64,000 nt of DNA. It comes from Chrysomallon squamiferum. Taxonomy: Eukaryota > Animalia > Mollusca. Of the stretch, positions 1-13,927 are shown piece after piece. Under the pieces are notes generated by a model. That model was not told the DNA's origin. It worked only from the letters and a program-made list of their open reading frames with translations, and made no database searches. The position numbers were made by a program, and so were the translations under genes. The stretch lies in contig CM022674.1 in the NCBI GenBank assembly GCA_012295275.1, positions 8,494,001 to 8,558,000 of the forward strand, given 5' to 3'. Within the stretch, counting starts at the first letter, position 1, and every line of letters starts with the position of its first letter.

Positions 1-287
1 TATGCAATGCAATATTTAAAAAAAAATAAAAAAAATTCTATTTTAAAGTAGGAATGTTCATTTTTAGAAATACAAATTCATTTCACTTGTCCTCATAAAT
101 TTGTTCTGAAACTGTTAAAAATGGCTTATAATATTACTGTTTAACACTGTTGATTGTTTAGCCTGAAATTAACATAGATAGTTAATGCTGTATTTTTAAT
201 TATCAGCCTGAACAATATTGAAAGGCAGGGTATAATGTAAAAATGCAGATCCATTGTTTACTTTTCAGAATACAGCACCCACTTAGG

Positions 288-1414
288 ATGTCTGACCATG
301 ATGAAGAGTTTGAGAATGCCATTTCTGGTGAATCTCTAACATACCCTCTACAGTGCTCTGCCCTTCGGAAAAACGGACATGTTATGATTAAAGGAAACCC
401 CTGCAAAATTGTTGAAATGACTACCTCTAAAACAGGAAAACATGGTCATGCTAAGGTATTTTTAGTCTTTTCTAGAAATGAGAAATGAAATTAGTTCTTT
501 GGCCCATAAAATCTAACATTTCATGTGACTAGTCACAAAGTATCTGAGTAATGCATGTTTAATAAATTACATCAAGTAAGCTACCAAATTTATTTAAAAA
601 GTATAGTATTTGTATTGTACAGAATATCTGGTTGCATAAATATATATTGATCAAGCTAAGTTGATAAATTTAAAATATTTATTTTATTAGGTTCATCTTG
701 TTGGAATTAACATTTTCAATGACAAAAAATATGAAGATATGTGCCCCTCCACTCACAATATGGATGTTCCGGTTATTAAACGTCAAGAATATCAGGTAAG
801 CCGTCCACATACAGTTGTTCTGTTCTTTCATATATAAAATGTGTTGGCTTTATACAGAGTTATGAATGCATAATACCATATTTGGCATGTGTCAAACAAA
901 CCAGTTTGGAAATACTTCAACAATAAAGAAACCTGTTAATCACATTATATATTTTTATTTTTGTAGAGGTCCAATTTTAAAAATATTTTTTATTTTTGAT
1001 TCATATGATTTTTTATTTCAGCTAAACAACATTGAGGATGGCTTCTGCACTCTTATGGATGAATATGGTAAAGAACGTGAAGATTTAAAACTACCAGAAA
1101 ATGAAGTAGGAGAAGAAATTAAAAAACGTTTTGAAGCTGGAAATGAAACTCTTCTGGTGAGAAAATTAATTTTCTAAATTTTATCACTTTCTTTCCATGT
1201 AGTGTTAATAATTCATAATAATTAAAAAACTACTGATAATTTATAATAAGAATAAAAACCAGTGATAATTCTTCTCCCATTAAATGACACACTAGCCCTC
1301 AATGTAGAATAAACAAATGTAGGTTTACTAAATCACTTTCAATTTCAGGTGACTGTTTTAAAGGCTGTTGACAAGGAGCAAATAATTAGTGTTAAAAAGG
1401 CTTCTACTGACTGA
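288..1414 (+). CDS. EIF5A: Eukaryotic translation initiation/elongation factor 5A, 157 aa, 4 coding exons (288-455, 691-795, 1022-1156, 1349-1414)
   Basis: Spliced translation contains the hypusine loop [17 protein letters not shown] and [10 protein letters not shown]. All introns are GT-AG, phase 0. An acceptor at 267-268 implies a non-coding first exon further upstream. Confidence 0.98.
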
Positions 1415-3153
1415 TAAAAAACAAATGCAGTCGTGGGATTTTTATGTAATGCCTTCAACATACCTAAGAAATTCCATGGCCAAGCCTTCAGATCATGGAC
1501 TGACTTCTTAAAGATGGTGCCAGGGTTGATAATTTTTAAGAACATTTTCCTCTTTTTTCTTCATATTTTTTTTTTCTCTTCTCCATAAAAGGACAATTAA
1601 ATGGTGATACTTAAATATATATTTTTTTTATATTATATTAAATAAAATGTAATAGCTACCATGTTTTGCAGGCATTCATGCTAATTGCAGTGCTTGTTTC
1701 TGATATGTTTCAAACTTGTCTCATGATACAGCAACCACTGACCCTTGCCATAGGACATTATTGCTTTACTTACATGGTAATAAGGAAAACATTTTAATTT
1801 TAAACCAACTACATCCGACACCATACTTTTTAAAAGTTTAGGAATTAATCTCACAAAAATAATAAATTTTGCTTGCATTTGATAAAATTAATAATAAAAT
1901 TAAGCAGGCTTATTTATATTAATTGAATTTATACTTTTCAAAAATAATTGTGTATATATTTAAGAATTTAAAGTTTATGCATACGGAAATACAATTTAAA
2001 AAAAAAAAAAAAAAAATGCTGTTGCAGAAATACAGGAATTGTTTAAAAAGTAACAATGTATGCAAGATTATTGTATCCCGAGTGCAAATATTTGCTTTAA
2101 ATGTGTAACAAAGTAAATTTAAAAAAAATTGTTTTAGGATGTATATTTGGAGCTGTGTTAACATTGTTTTACACCTTCTGGATGAAGATTATACTGTGTT
2201 GCCATCTTTGACAAGAAGGCTCCTTGATCATAATTTGCTATAATGTAAATTTATATTGTGTAATAAATTACATTCATCTATTTTTGGTTTTAGTTTTGAA
2301 TATTATTTTTTTTAACTTCTGTTCTAAATATTAACACTGGGTCAAGTAAAACAGTTGGCTTCAGATGTTGATTTTTCTTCACTCTTAAGATTAATGTGTA
2401 TGATTTAAAAATTTACATTAATACATCAAGTTCAAATTAGTTCATTTTCTTTTGTTGTACATGTACAAATACTTAAAATGCAATTGTACATTTAAAACAA
2501 AGGAATTGCCTGGAATCTGATCGAACACAAGTGAACTGAAATACGCCAAGTTTTGATATTAAAAAGATTGCCTTGAATGTTTTGTTTTCTTTGAACTGCA
2601 TCTATACTTTAATAAAATGCTTTGCAAATTTTAAGCAATGTTTCTTTAAGTAAATTCCAGCATACTGTTACTTAAAAATGTATTGAACTGGCCAATTAAT
2701 GGCAAAATGTAAAAAATAAGTGATAAATTCCTATGGAACAGTGGTTGAAACAAGGAGATAAAGAAGCAGGTTTAAATAATTGATAACACATTGCTTTATT
2801 TATTACTTGATCAGTTTTTATTAACTTATGTAATTATTGTAATTGACACACAATTAATAAAACAAAACATTTCACTCCTAGCTTGAAAGAGATTATTGCA
2901 ATATCTGATTTGATGTACATGGACACAATTTCTGTCATAAATGTGTGCATGTTTGTTGAGTATATATTATCTGCATATTATTGTATACATTATCCATTAA
3001 CTGAAATTATATGAAAGTAATTACAGTCCTAAATCTCAAAGTGGTTATTTTATATTTTAAAATTAGTCTCATATTGTTCTTGAATGTTGAGATGTATCTG
3101 AAAAAAAAAAAATTATTACGCAGATCTTGCTTAAAAGCTATTGTATCTTTACA

Positions 3154-3155
<2 letters not shown>

Positions 3156-3215
<60 letters not shown>
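3156..3215. repeat. Compound microsatellite (GT)n(TA)n
   Basis: Read directly from the sequence. Confidence 0.97.
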
Positions 3216-3217
<2 letters not shown>

Positions 3218-4572
3218 CTATCAGAATAAATATATTCTTGTCTAAATTAAAATTTGTGGTCCCTAAATGATTATATAATAGTTCATTTAAAAAAAAGAAA
3301 CTATTTGTCCTTAAAGCATCACTAATAACAACAGGAATGCATTTCTATATATAGTTTATGTACCAAACATCAATAAAAATTAACCTTTAGATGTTACCGT
3401 TGTATACATAATAATACAACATTAAAATTCTAATAATAATAAAGCCTGTAACATTTGGATAAACATGCAATTTATTACCATCTTCATCAATTTCTCACTT
3501 TTGTGCGTTTTTATTTGGACCTAACCTATCACAATAATTAAAACAGAAAAAAGTATTTTAAAAAATATATTTCCAAAAGGTTATTAATACTAAATTTTTC
3601 AAAATAAATCCAAAATTATTATGTTTAACTTCAACTTTGATGTGTATAAATTTTTCAGTGTAAGCTGAAGCCAAACAAGTGAAAAAAATAAATGCAACTG
3701 GCAATCTAAAACAAACCACAATAATATAAATCAATAAATAATAATTTTGTTAATAAGCAATTACTAGGTATATTATTTAAAAATGTCTAGGAACATAAAA
3801 TTCTGAAAATCCAAAATTTCTTAGTATTCTTTATCACACTAGTATAGTCAATGATTTAAATGAAAATATATATTCAAAATACCTTTAAAAATTCAGCTGA
3901 AATTTATAATTACCATTCAAAAATATAATACTTTAATAAATAAAAACAGCCAGTACCCGTAAACACACTGTACCTCCCCCCAAAAAAATAAAAAATAAAA
4001 AAATGAACACTTTTGGTGGGTTATTTCAAATCACATTAATAAACGTTAGTAAAAATAAATAACATTTTATGAATTTTATGAATTTATCCTTTTTCAAGTG
4101 TCTAAATTATATAAACATTTCTGTAAATAATGCTGTTTGATGATATAATTATGATATATTTCAAACTGATTTAATAATATTCTGAATAAAATAATATCAG
4201 GCAGATACGGCTTAAAGACATAATAAAATCTATTGATTTATTAATAAATTAGAATAATTCAAAAATAAAAAGATTTTCTACCTGAATGTTAGCTGCCTGT
4301 AGGAGACACTCAAAAAAACAACCAAAAAATCACCTTTTGAATGAAATATGTTGAAGTACTTTTTTTCAAGTAAGTATTACAACATGAAGATGAAAAGCAC
4401 CTTGTTGTATCTACTATATGTCTAATATAACATTTTTTGTTTAGCAATTTGTATATTATATTCTACAGCAAATATGTATTTCTGATACATAAACAAAAAC
4501 TAACAAAAAGAACAAAAGGAAAAACATTCACTGGACGTCTTACAATTACTGCAATCCCTACTCTATTTAAAA

Positions 4573-6258
4573 TCAAACCAAAACCTTTTTCCAGGTGCTA
4601 TACAGTTTGCGCAACTCATCCCAAAAAACTAGAGTGAGAACAGTATGGGGTCCAAGTCTCATGTAGGATGGTCCCCACCCCTTGTAAAATCCCCACAGAC
4701 CTTCATTCTTGAAGATCTTCAAAAAGCAATCCACAACTCCTGAGTATAGAAGTCCCTTGCCAGAAGCATTGATGCCCTGGTTGTACATGCGTGTTGAAAT
4801 AACATCAAAGGGTGTCATCACCAATGTGACAACAATGCCGCTAAGCATACTGGCTGTCAGTGCATTCAGCCAACTGTTTGGATGGAATGTCTGCAGATAA
4901 AAGTAAAAACATATCTATAGTAATGTGGCATAAGATTGATTCAAATTTTTAAAACTTGGTAGTAGTAATATTACATAAATCTAATGGAAAGAGGTATATG
5001 TTTGACTTATTTTTTATAAACCTTGGTAATAGTAATATTATTATTATATAACACTAGTTACAATTATTTATTCTTAATTATTGTGAAGACACTTATTTGT
5101 CTAAAAAATTACTAAAAGCAAGGAATATGTTTTCAGCTAAAGAAGATTAAAGACAAAATAACATCATAAGGAATATGTATAATCTTTTCAACTGCAGAAA
5201 CTACTCATTTCCTGAAGTACCTTTGTTTTTACAATTTCTTCTTTCATTTTAGAGAAAGTTGCAAGCTGGGCAGCAGATCCGACAGTTACACGAGCTACTG
5301 CTGCAGAAACACCACGCCAAAGTCCTAACACACCAAACTGCTTGTATATCACTGACAGTCCATGTGACATACTTTCATGGGTGTGTTGGTGTCCCACTGC
5401 TATTTCTTTGGCAGCCTGAGCTTGGAGATGTGTTTTTACCTGCTCAAAGAAAATATGTATTTAGTAATAATAATAATTTTAAGAAACATAACTGCCACAA
5501 ATGATAATAAATGTAAAAGCAGTAATAAATGTTTTATCATAGTAATAAACATGGGACTGCAATAAATATTTTATATATATTCCTAACTAAATGTTCCCTA
5601 AATAGAACTCATATATACCATTTTTCTCTCAGTTTACGGCTTCAAAAAGAAAACTAATTTAATTTCAAAAACAATTCTGTATGTAACTTATTTTTTATTA
5701 GAATTTTGTTTTTATTTAATGCAAATCTCATACTGCTCTTTGCTAGTACTGGTCTAAAATAAATCTTTACATGTAAAGCAAATATGTATGCCTACATACA
5801 AGCTAGTGCATACATACCATATAAAAAGGACTTCCAACAGCAGAGCCCACACAACCTGCTGCAGCCCCTGCAAGCACACATTGTGGAAAACTGACATTTC
5901 CATGTTTGTTTGTTGTTAATCCTAGATTTATTATAACTTGGTACATCCCTAGACGCAATCCATTCATAAAAAACTGGTACCACAGGGCTGGAACAAGCCC
6001 ACTTTGTAATGCCAACAGACCGTCAGTTTTGACAATGGTGTAAAAGGCATGGGCTGCATTGCGATAATGTACAGCATACTGACCTCTAGCTTTCAACTCT
6101 CCTTGCAGCTGCATACGGGTTTTCACAACTTCAAGTGGGTTTGTGAAGAAACAAGCTCCACATGTTGCTATGCCACCAAGTATAAATTCAATGGAATCCT
6201 GCTTCTCCATGACTCTATGGTTAGGACCTGGTGCTCTAGTCAAATGGGATGCAGCCAT
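4573..6258 (-). CDS. SLC25A35: Mitochondrial carrier SLC25A35/SLC25A34-like, about 325 aa, 3 coding exons (6258-5818, 5439-5221, 4890-4573)
   Basis: Three carrier signatures ([32 protein letters not shown]), plus EIAVGHQH and RLGPHTVL typical of the SLC25A34/35 (Oac1) subfamily. Introns are phase-0 GT-AG. The start could instead be the next ATG (MEKQDS). Confidence 0.92.
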
Positions 6259-7345
6259 TGAAATGTTTCAAAGATCAAACCAAAAGGCCATGCTGCTATA
6301 ATATAAAAATATGTATAGTGTGAATGTAAATTATTTAGAAATATGCAATTTGTAGTGAAATCTTCATTATTATTTGATTCACATATTTCTGTTATAAAGA
6401 GGAAGTGATTAGAAGATTCATGACTACCACTATCAAGTACTCCAATCAGGCAGATGAGTAAGATGATCTCACCCAGGTTATGGGTGAGATCAGTATAAAG
6501 TCAATTTGCACATGGGAAAACCCATCAGTGTATAAATTATTATCAGTTTTTTTTTTTACTTAAAAAATAAGAACAAAAAAGTATTGTCTTGTGTCTTTAT
6601 TTACTGTGGTTAGTGTATGCCAACTAAATCGCTATTATTATTATTACATTTTGCTTTAAATTATAACATCAAATATGGGATTTCTTTATTACAACTAATG
6701 TTTATTAACTGTTTATACTGGTATTTCCATTTGAAAATCATAATATTAACCTGCTTGACTGTGATGGCTACCGTGAGAATGCAGGAGCATGCAGAAAAGA
6801 AAATGTTACATATATACACTTTTTTTAATCTTTTTTTTTAGCTTATAATATTCATAAATCAAGGGTTTCACAATGCATAACACATAAATAGAGATACATT
6901 CTACAAATTTAGGAAAGGAAGTGACTAATTTCTTTGTTATTCTGTTTTATTTATTTGGTCATTTATCAGATTACTTTTATTCTTATAATACACACACTAA
7001 ATTATTTTTAACACTAAACGAAAATGATCTTCTATTTCGAAAACTATGTTTTCATTATATATATATATATATATATAACACATTAAAAAAACAAACCATC
7101 AGTACGTTCTGTTTTCACTCGACAAACTACAAATATGATTTATAAACATTATTATTATGATGATTTCTGAAATATTAATGCCATGAACAGTAACTAGACG
7201 ATATCACCGGGGCATGGTTACGAAGCCGATGGTAATTTAATCCTTCAATGCTTCACTGCTTCAAAACGTATGCTTACTTTGTATTAAAATCACAAAGTAG
7301 TTTCTGACACAAAAGAAACACTTATGATATATGTCTTTCTCCTTA

Positions 7346-7466
7346 CCATTGAATAACAATTGTTATTTTGTTAAGACACGAAATGAACAGCACCTGTCAT
7401 GCATTATTAACTGAAATTTTTGCATGAGAATGTCACAAATGACACTTACTCTATATACCGGAAGTC
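7346..7466 (-). promoter_or_regulatory. Probable non-coding first exon and promoter of SLC25A35 with an ETS/GABP-type site
   Basis: Minus-strand donor ATG|GTAAGG near 7346, CCGGAAGT at 7458-7465 and locally retained CpGs. Confidence 0.5.
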
Positions 7467-9391
7467 CGTTCTTATATAGTTTCATTTCACGAAAGAATTA
7501 ATGCCTGCATTTTATTATTTCCCTTGTAAAGATGAAAATTTAAAAACGTCGTCTTAACTGTTACTATTATTCGGGTTTTGGAGTTAACGCACATTAAATA
7601 AAAAATAAAAATAGTCGACGCTAATTAATTAATTAATTAATTTAATGTTAACTGACAAAGTTGTTTGTTCATAAATCTATTTCTTTGAAAAGAGTTGTGA
7701 TCAGAACTCTTCTCATAAACGATTGTGTGTAATATAAATGAAAACCATTAAAAAATAAAGGCCACGTCTTGTTTGTTTCAAAACAAAGTATTAACCTAAA
7801 CATATTGCACGATCTTCATATAATCAGTGATTATTTATTATTATTATTAGTTAGTTACTTTTTATATTTATATTAATTATTTTTATTTTTGTTGTTGTTC
7901 TTATTATTATTATTTACTTTTTATTTTTATTCTTATCGTTATTTTTTTAATTATTTTTTTTTTAAATTAATATTTACTTCCTTTGGTGAAAGTTTATCAT
8001 TACATATGTCAATGTTACTTTAAAAAAAAAAAAAAATGAAATCTTTGAGATTTTTATATCATTCACACCATTGACACATATAATCTCTCCAATCTATTAA
8101 GTTTTTATGATTGCAATCATTTTATAAAAAAAAAATTAAAATTTAATTAAATATAAAAACATGTGTTTAGACTTTTACATCTATTTTGAAATAAATCCAG
8201 GTTTAATTTTTTTGGTAACATATAATTTTTATGTATTTTTTATTATTTAATTATCTGCACTATATATTTATGTAAATGCTGGATTTCAATAGAAGTGAAC
8301 AACATATTTGTAACTTTGTTTATTTATCTTGTTAATATTGTAACTTTGACTTTTACTAAAAGATAAATGTAAGATGTACATCATCATTGTTAAATAAGCA
8401 ATCTACTTTGTATATATAGATAGATTATATTTTTCAGAATACATCATCATCATATGAAAAACTATAGTTTTTGTAGTACTTTTTTTAAAAATTAATTTTA
8501 TTTATTAATTCAGGAATTAGAAAAAAAAGAAGAAAGAAGTAGAATTCAATATGTATTATACCAGGTTTGGAAAGATGACAATTCAAAGAAACTGTCAAAT
8601 ACTAAGCTCATCTCATGTTTATAGTGCTTTGTTGAATTATTTATAATCTCCATGCTAAGGACAATGAATAGCACTGCAGAAATATGCAGCAATTTACCCA
8701 CTATATTTCAAAGAATCAGATTTCATACTATTTGATCACGCAGATTCAACAAACAATTAGGATTTTTCTGTTTATTCATTCCTTAAATAACAGACATGGT
8801 ATGCACTAATTAATACATGATAATGATAGAACTATAGCATGATTATTTATTTTTGCATAAAGCTACCATGACATATAATTTTAATAATTAAGAGTAATGG
8901 CATATTCATTATGGTGACTTAAGCATCTAAGCATTGATTTTCAAAAAGATTTCACCTCCAAATAGCACAGTAAACTTTTAAGTCCAGCTCAAAGGTTCAA
9001 CAACACATGAACAAGAAAACACATACTCAACCATAAAAGCAATGAAAGATGCATACATACAAATATCTACAATTCAGAAACTGGATTAAAAAACAGAATC
9101 CAAGGCAATTATGTCATTAAAGATCTGAGGATGTTTTACTTGAAAAATATTTAAGTACTTGTACAGTTCTTTATAATGATATTCAGAAACATATAACTAA
9201 AAAAATCCCCCCAAAACCCTGTTTTATTTCCTTTATTTAAATTTTTTTTTTTTTTTTACTTTTTTCAAAAAATTAATTCTGTGTTAATTTCAAAATATCA
9301 TTGTTTTTATATTCAACTCACTTCCATTATGTTCATTTATAAATTTAATTACATAAAGTTTTTTCATTTTTTGGTTTTACTATGAAGGGAT

Positions 9392-12300
9392 TTATTTTAT
9401 TTTAACTGCTGGCTTTTCTTCTTGTTTATACACAGTGCTACTCCAAAGAGCAAGCAGCACCACAGCATGACACACATGTAGCAAAGAACTACTAAGAACT
9501 GTGGATGGGTATGTATTCCAGCAAAGTTCTATCAAACCCAGCAAAAGAATTCTAAAGAAAACAAGAATAAAATCAAATATTAAAAATTGTAATATATTCA
9601 ATTATTCAAAACAGTGTATTTCTTAATTAAAACTAAACATTAATGAATAATGGTGTGAAAGTAATATTTGGTCTACAGTTCAAAACTGTGATGCAAAAAA
9701 GGTCTGCAAAAATCAGAATATAAATTAATGACAACCCAATCCAAAAATGCTAATTTACTTTTACTTTTAAATGAAGTAAAATAAAATGTTTAATAATACA
9801 AAATAATACGAAAACCAATGAAACGGTCAACTAAAATAAAGAAAAGACAAATTAACAAAGGTATGCAGTTTTACTTTTCTCAACTTTTCCATTACTTTAA
9901 AAAGAGATCTTACCTTATAACTACTGGGAGTGATGTCGTCCATAATAGAAAGTGTAGTGTGTGAAAATACCAAACATAAAACTGGTAATGGAGAGATCTA
10001 CTAAAACACATTCCAATAAAATTAGCTGTGAACAATGGAACAAGAATCTGTGAGGCAAAGTTAAGAAACATAACAATAACAATAACAATAATAACATAAT
10101 AATAATAATAATACACATACTCCGTTAAATAAATAAAGGTAGTGCTGACTAATTAATAAACTTTTTGAAAAGATATGATTAGTTGTTAATGGTAATCTGT
10201 TTGGTTTACTTGATATACCAAACTTCATTTGAGGAAACAATCTGAAAAAAAGAAAAGACAATTACTGTTCTTAAAGCAGAAATGTTCTCAAAATTTAAAA
10301 AACCCAAAATATAATAAAATAAAATTACAAAGATAAACAAATGAAACAGTAATATGGACATTTAAAAACATATTTATGCTGTTTGTGTGTACCATGTGGT
10401 AGGGAGGGAGAGCGAGAGCGAGAGTGAGAGAGAGAGAGAGAGTGTGAGTGTGTGTGTGTCAGTGAGTGAGTGAGTGTACACACACCTGCCTTAATCAAAC
10501 AAAAATTAGAATGTCTGTTTGACCTGAGCAGGACAAAGCTGGTATCAGTAACCAATTATTTCTTTTATCTTGCAATCCCAAATAAATGAAATTAAATGAT
10601 TGGTTTCCTAACAAACCATTATTTTAGTCAGTGACCAAAAATATAGAAATTCATCCAGTCACTGTATTATGCCACTATATACACACATGCAAATACACAC
10701 ACACATACACAAAATATAAATTATGACTAGCCACTAACTTCATTAAAAATAAAAATATATTAGTGGTGAATCATCAAAGGTAAAAATATTTACCTTCTCC
10801 ACTTATGAAGATAAAATATAATAAGAAAAAAAATATGTCCCAATAGCAGAGCAATTTGAAAATATCTGTTCAGAAAAATGGATTCTGGCAAGAAACGCCA
10901 GTTCACTGTCCACTTGAAGAAAAATTGTCGTCCCATGTCAAAAGCCTTGATAAGGTATCCAGCTGGATTGGCATGAAGAAAAGGCAAGCCCAGTAATAAC
11001 TTTGAAAAGAAAGAAATATTTAATCAAATAAAAATAAGTTGTGCCAAATGATGTAATAACTTTGAAAAGAAAGAAATAAGTTAATAAAAAAAAATAAGTT
11101 GTATCAAATCAAGTAATATCTTTGAGAAGAAAAAAATAACTTAATAAAATAAAAATACAGAATCATAGGAATGATGACAGGAGTCCTGCTGGTATCTGGT
11201 AAACAGCTTCTGTTTTCTTTTTTCTTTTTTAAATTAGGAACAAGAGATCGTTGCTTTTATACTCAGGCAGCATTATTAAGTAGTCAAATTAGCAAATAAA
11301 GGTTTACAGAAAATTCAATAATAAATAAACAAACAAATAAATAAATGTAAATTAATACAAAAATGAATAAATCATTAAATATACAAATAAAAAGATAAGA
11401 CAAAAGTTTTTATAATTTTTACCTGAGTAAGGGCACATATAAATAAATGTTTAATTGTACCAAAAGTTCCTTGGGATGCAAATAACAACAGTAAGAGTCC
11501 AGGTGAAAACAGCAGAATGTTCATCTTCACTGACACACCCAAACTGAAACAACAAACATTCATATTAGATATGAAATTTTCTGATAAAAATGCATCAAAT
11601 AATAATTTTATAAATGCCAAAATTAGCACCACCCAAACAATGCTGACACATCCCCCTCCATCTCTCTCACACACACACACTCTGAAAAAACTGTAAAAAG
11701 ACATGTCCTGCTGGGTTAAAATAAGAGATTAAAGATGAAGAAGAAAAACAAGTAATAGCATTTTGTCTTGAAACCACTAACTTGTTAGTAAACAAAAATA
11801 ATTCAAAATAACTACCAGACTGAACTAAATTATTTATATAAAAATCTTAGTAACACAAAAATAGTACACATATTTAAAAGACAAACAAAGACATTGGCAA
11901 TATGAAAAGGAAATGCAAATCATTATTCTTGATTAATATAATGGATTAAATAATTAAAACATGGACAAATTACAAACAGAATCAGTTATTAAACTAATTA
12001 ATTTGTGAAATTTCATTATACCTGTAAAACAAACAGCCCCATGACCAGTGATTTCTGAGAAACAAATCAACACTGATATATAAAAGCAACATGGCCACTG
12101 GATCATTAAACAGTCTGAGTACGAAGATTGAATGAATTCGATAGGAAGCACAACACATGAAGAAAAACACATATGGAGGTATCTAAAATAAAAAATATTT
12201 TTAATATTTAATTATATTTTAAATCAGTGACATTATGAAGGTAACATTTTTTATTTACAAGTAAACATATATGGCACATAAACAAAGGTATCACTGCTAA

Positions 12301-13680
12301 ATTTTAAAATGAAAACAAAACTGAAAAAAAACCCTCCACAATATCTATATCATCCAAATTAATATTCTCATTATTAATGAAAATTGTAGTAACACAGAAA
12401 ATTATTTCAATTTACCTTTTTTGTTTGTCTGTAGATATCAAAAACAACAATCAACATAAACAGATATAGTGCAGCAAATAAATACTGAGCAAGTTTGATG
12501 TTTATTCCTCTGTTTGTCAGGTAGTATAGACCAGTGTAGAAATAAATAAATCCTGCTGGGTATCTGAAACACAAAACAGAAGTAAGAATTACAACATCAT
12601 TACTGTATTTCATTCACTAACAAAACCACTGTAAATATACTAACCAGGACTAAAACAATTACTATTAGCTTTTTTGTCTGTTAACTTTAGCAATTTCAAT
12701 TTTAATTTTAGTAATATCATGGGACAATGTCCTATTATATTTATTTATATAAACACCATTCTAAATTATCAAACTAAATACTGTTTTTATCTGAAAAAAA
12801 TAAATATACAGAATTAAATATTACTTACACAAGAGGCCCTGTATCACCTTTGAGTTGAACATAATCGTATGTTCCATTCACCACTCCCTCCACTTCTTGC
12901 ATGTAAGAAACCCAATCAATTTCTGTGTCTGTTGCAAAATTATACTTCATTATCATAAGATGTTATTTCACATTTAAATTGGAAAATTGATAACTATTTT
13001 GTATATTATGTTAAATAAAGTTTATGTCTAAATAAAGGAGAATTAAGCTATTACAGTATTAGCATTCCTAAAAGGTTGATTACATAATTAAAATCTGCTT
13101 CTTTCTTTGCAAGTAGTATATCATAAAATGCAACAAATGTCTCAAAATATTAAAATAATATTTCAATATCATGATGTAAAACAATAAATAACCCATAAAA
13201 AGCACATTCAGGACTAAGCCGTTAGTTGGCGGCAATATTTCCGAACAGGCCTGGCAACAACATTAAAAGGCTATGCTATGATAATCATAATGTCATATTT
13301 ACATTGTCACTAAACTGTTAATTAACATACTTATACAAAAGATTCTTTCTTATAACAGTTAACGTTATGATTATTATTAACTTTTTAATAAGTGCTAAAA
13401 GAATCACACACAGTGACATCACACCTATCCAGTATTATCATTATGAGTATAATCACTAAATCAGTATTATAATTATTATACTGTAAACATGCACATGTAT
13501 ATTAAAGCAAGTAACATTACATTTTATCTTTTGAATGACAAGTATATTGACAGCCACTTCCGCAACAAAAAGACACAACATTACGGGTATTGGCGTTTCA
13601 GGATTAAATGCGAATGATTTTAAATATTTTGGAGTAATTTTCCGTCCCATTTTACGAAGCATGGCTATAGGAGCTGCCAT
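9392..13680 (-). CDS. ALG3: Dol-P-Man:Man5GlcNAc2-PP-Dol alpha-1,3-mannosyltransferase, 418 aa, 9 exons (13680-13521, 12928-12829, 12563-12416, 12182-12022, 11543-11423, 10999-10794, 10241-10177, 10049-9914, 9551-9392)
   Basis: Motifs [60 protein letters not shown] and [10 protein letters not shown]. Exon lengths sum to 1257 nt in one open frame. Confidence 0.97.
10050..10176 (-). other. U12-type (minor spliceosome) AT-AC intron in ALG3
   Basis: 5' end ATATCTTTT, branch point TTCTTAAC followed by tttgcctcAC. Splicing restores [15 protein letters not shown] in frame. Confidence 0.9.
10405..10483. repeat. Compound GA/GT microsatellite in ALG3 intron
   Basis: Read directly from the sequence. 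Confidence 0.85.
10993..11155. repeat. Three imperfect tandem copies of a 60-bp unit spanning the ALG3 exon 6 acceptor
   Basis: gtaataactttgaaaagaaagaaata recurs at 10993, 11053 and (diverged) 11113. Confidence 0.9.
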
Positions 13681-13927
13681 CTCGAATTGTCAATTTTTTA
13701 ATTTCCTCCAAGTGGTTAAAACCGTTAAAATTGCAAAATTATAAAAATTAGGAATTAAACATCAATTTTCAGATAATATGCATTTTCATTTATAATTAAT
13801 TAATGATATTTATCATCAAAAATATTTGTAAAATATTGCAGGGACAAAGAAATCTTGTTTTGAGTTCTTTGCTTAGGACCCAGTATTATAGGTCGAAAAT
13901 ACTTATAGCAATCAAAAACAAAAAACA
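13681..13927. promoter_or_regulatory. Bidirectional promoter ALG3/EXOC8
   Basis: Divergent ATGs (13680 on -, 13928 on +) are separated by 247 bp. Confidence 0.8.

Noticed and set aside
826-930. Possible H/ACA snoRNA in eIF5A intron (hairpin, ATAATA, hairpin, ACA)
   Set aside because: Stems are weak and AT-rich, box matches are expected by chance, and no rRNA target was identified.
7191-7235. AACTAGA-starting GC-richer patch resembling a Helentron/HINE end
   Set aside because: Only about 45 bp, with no second end or second copy in the window.
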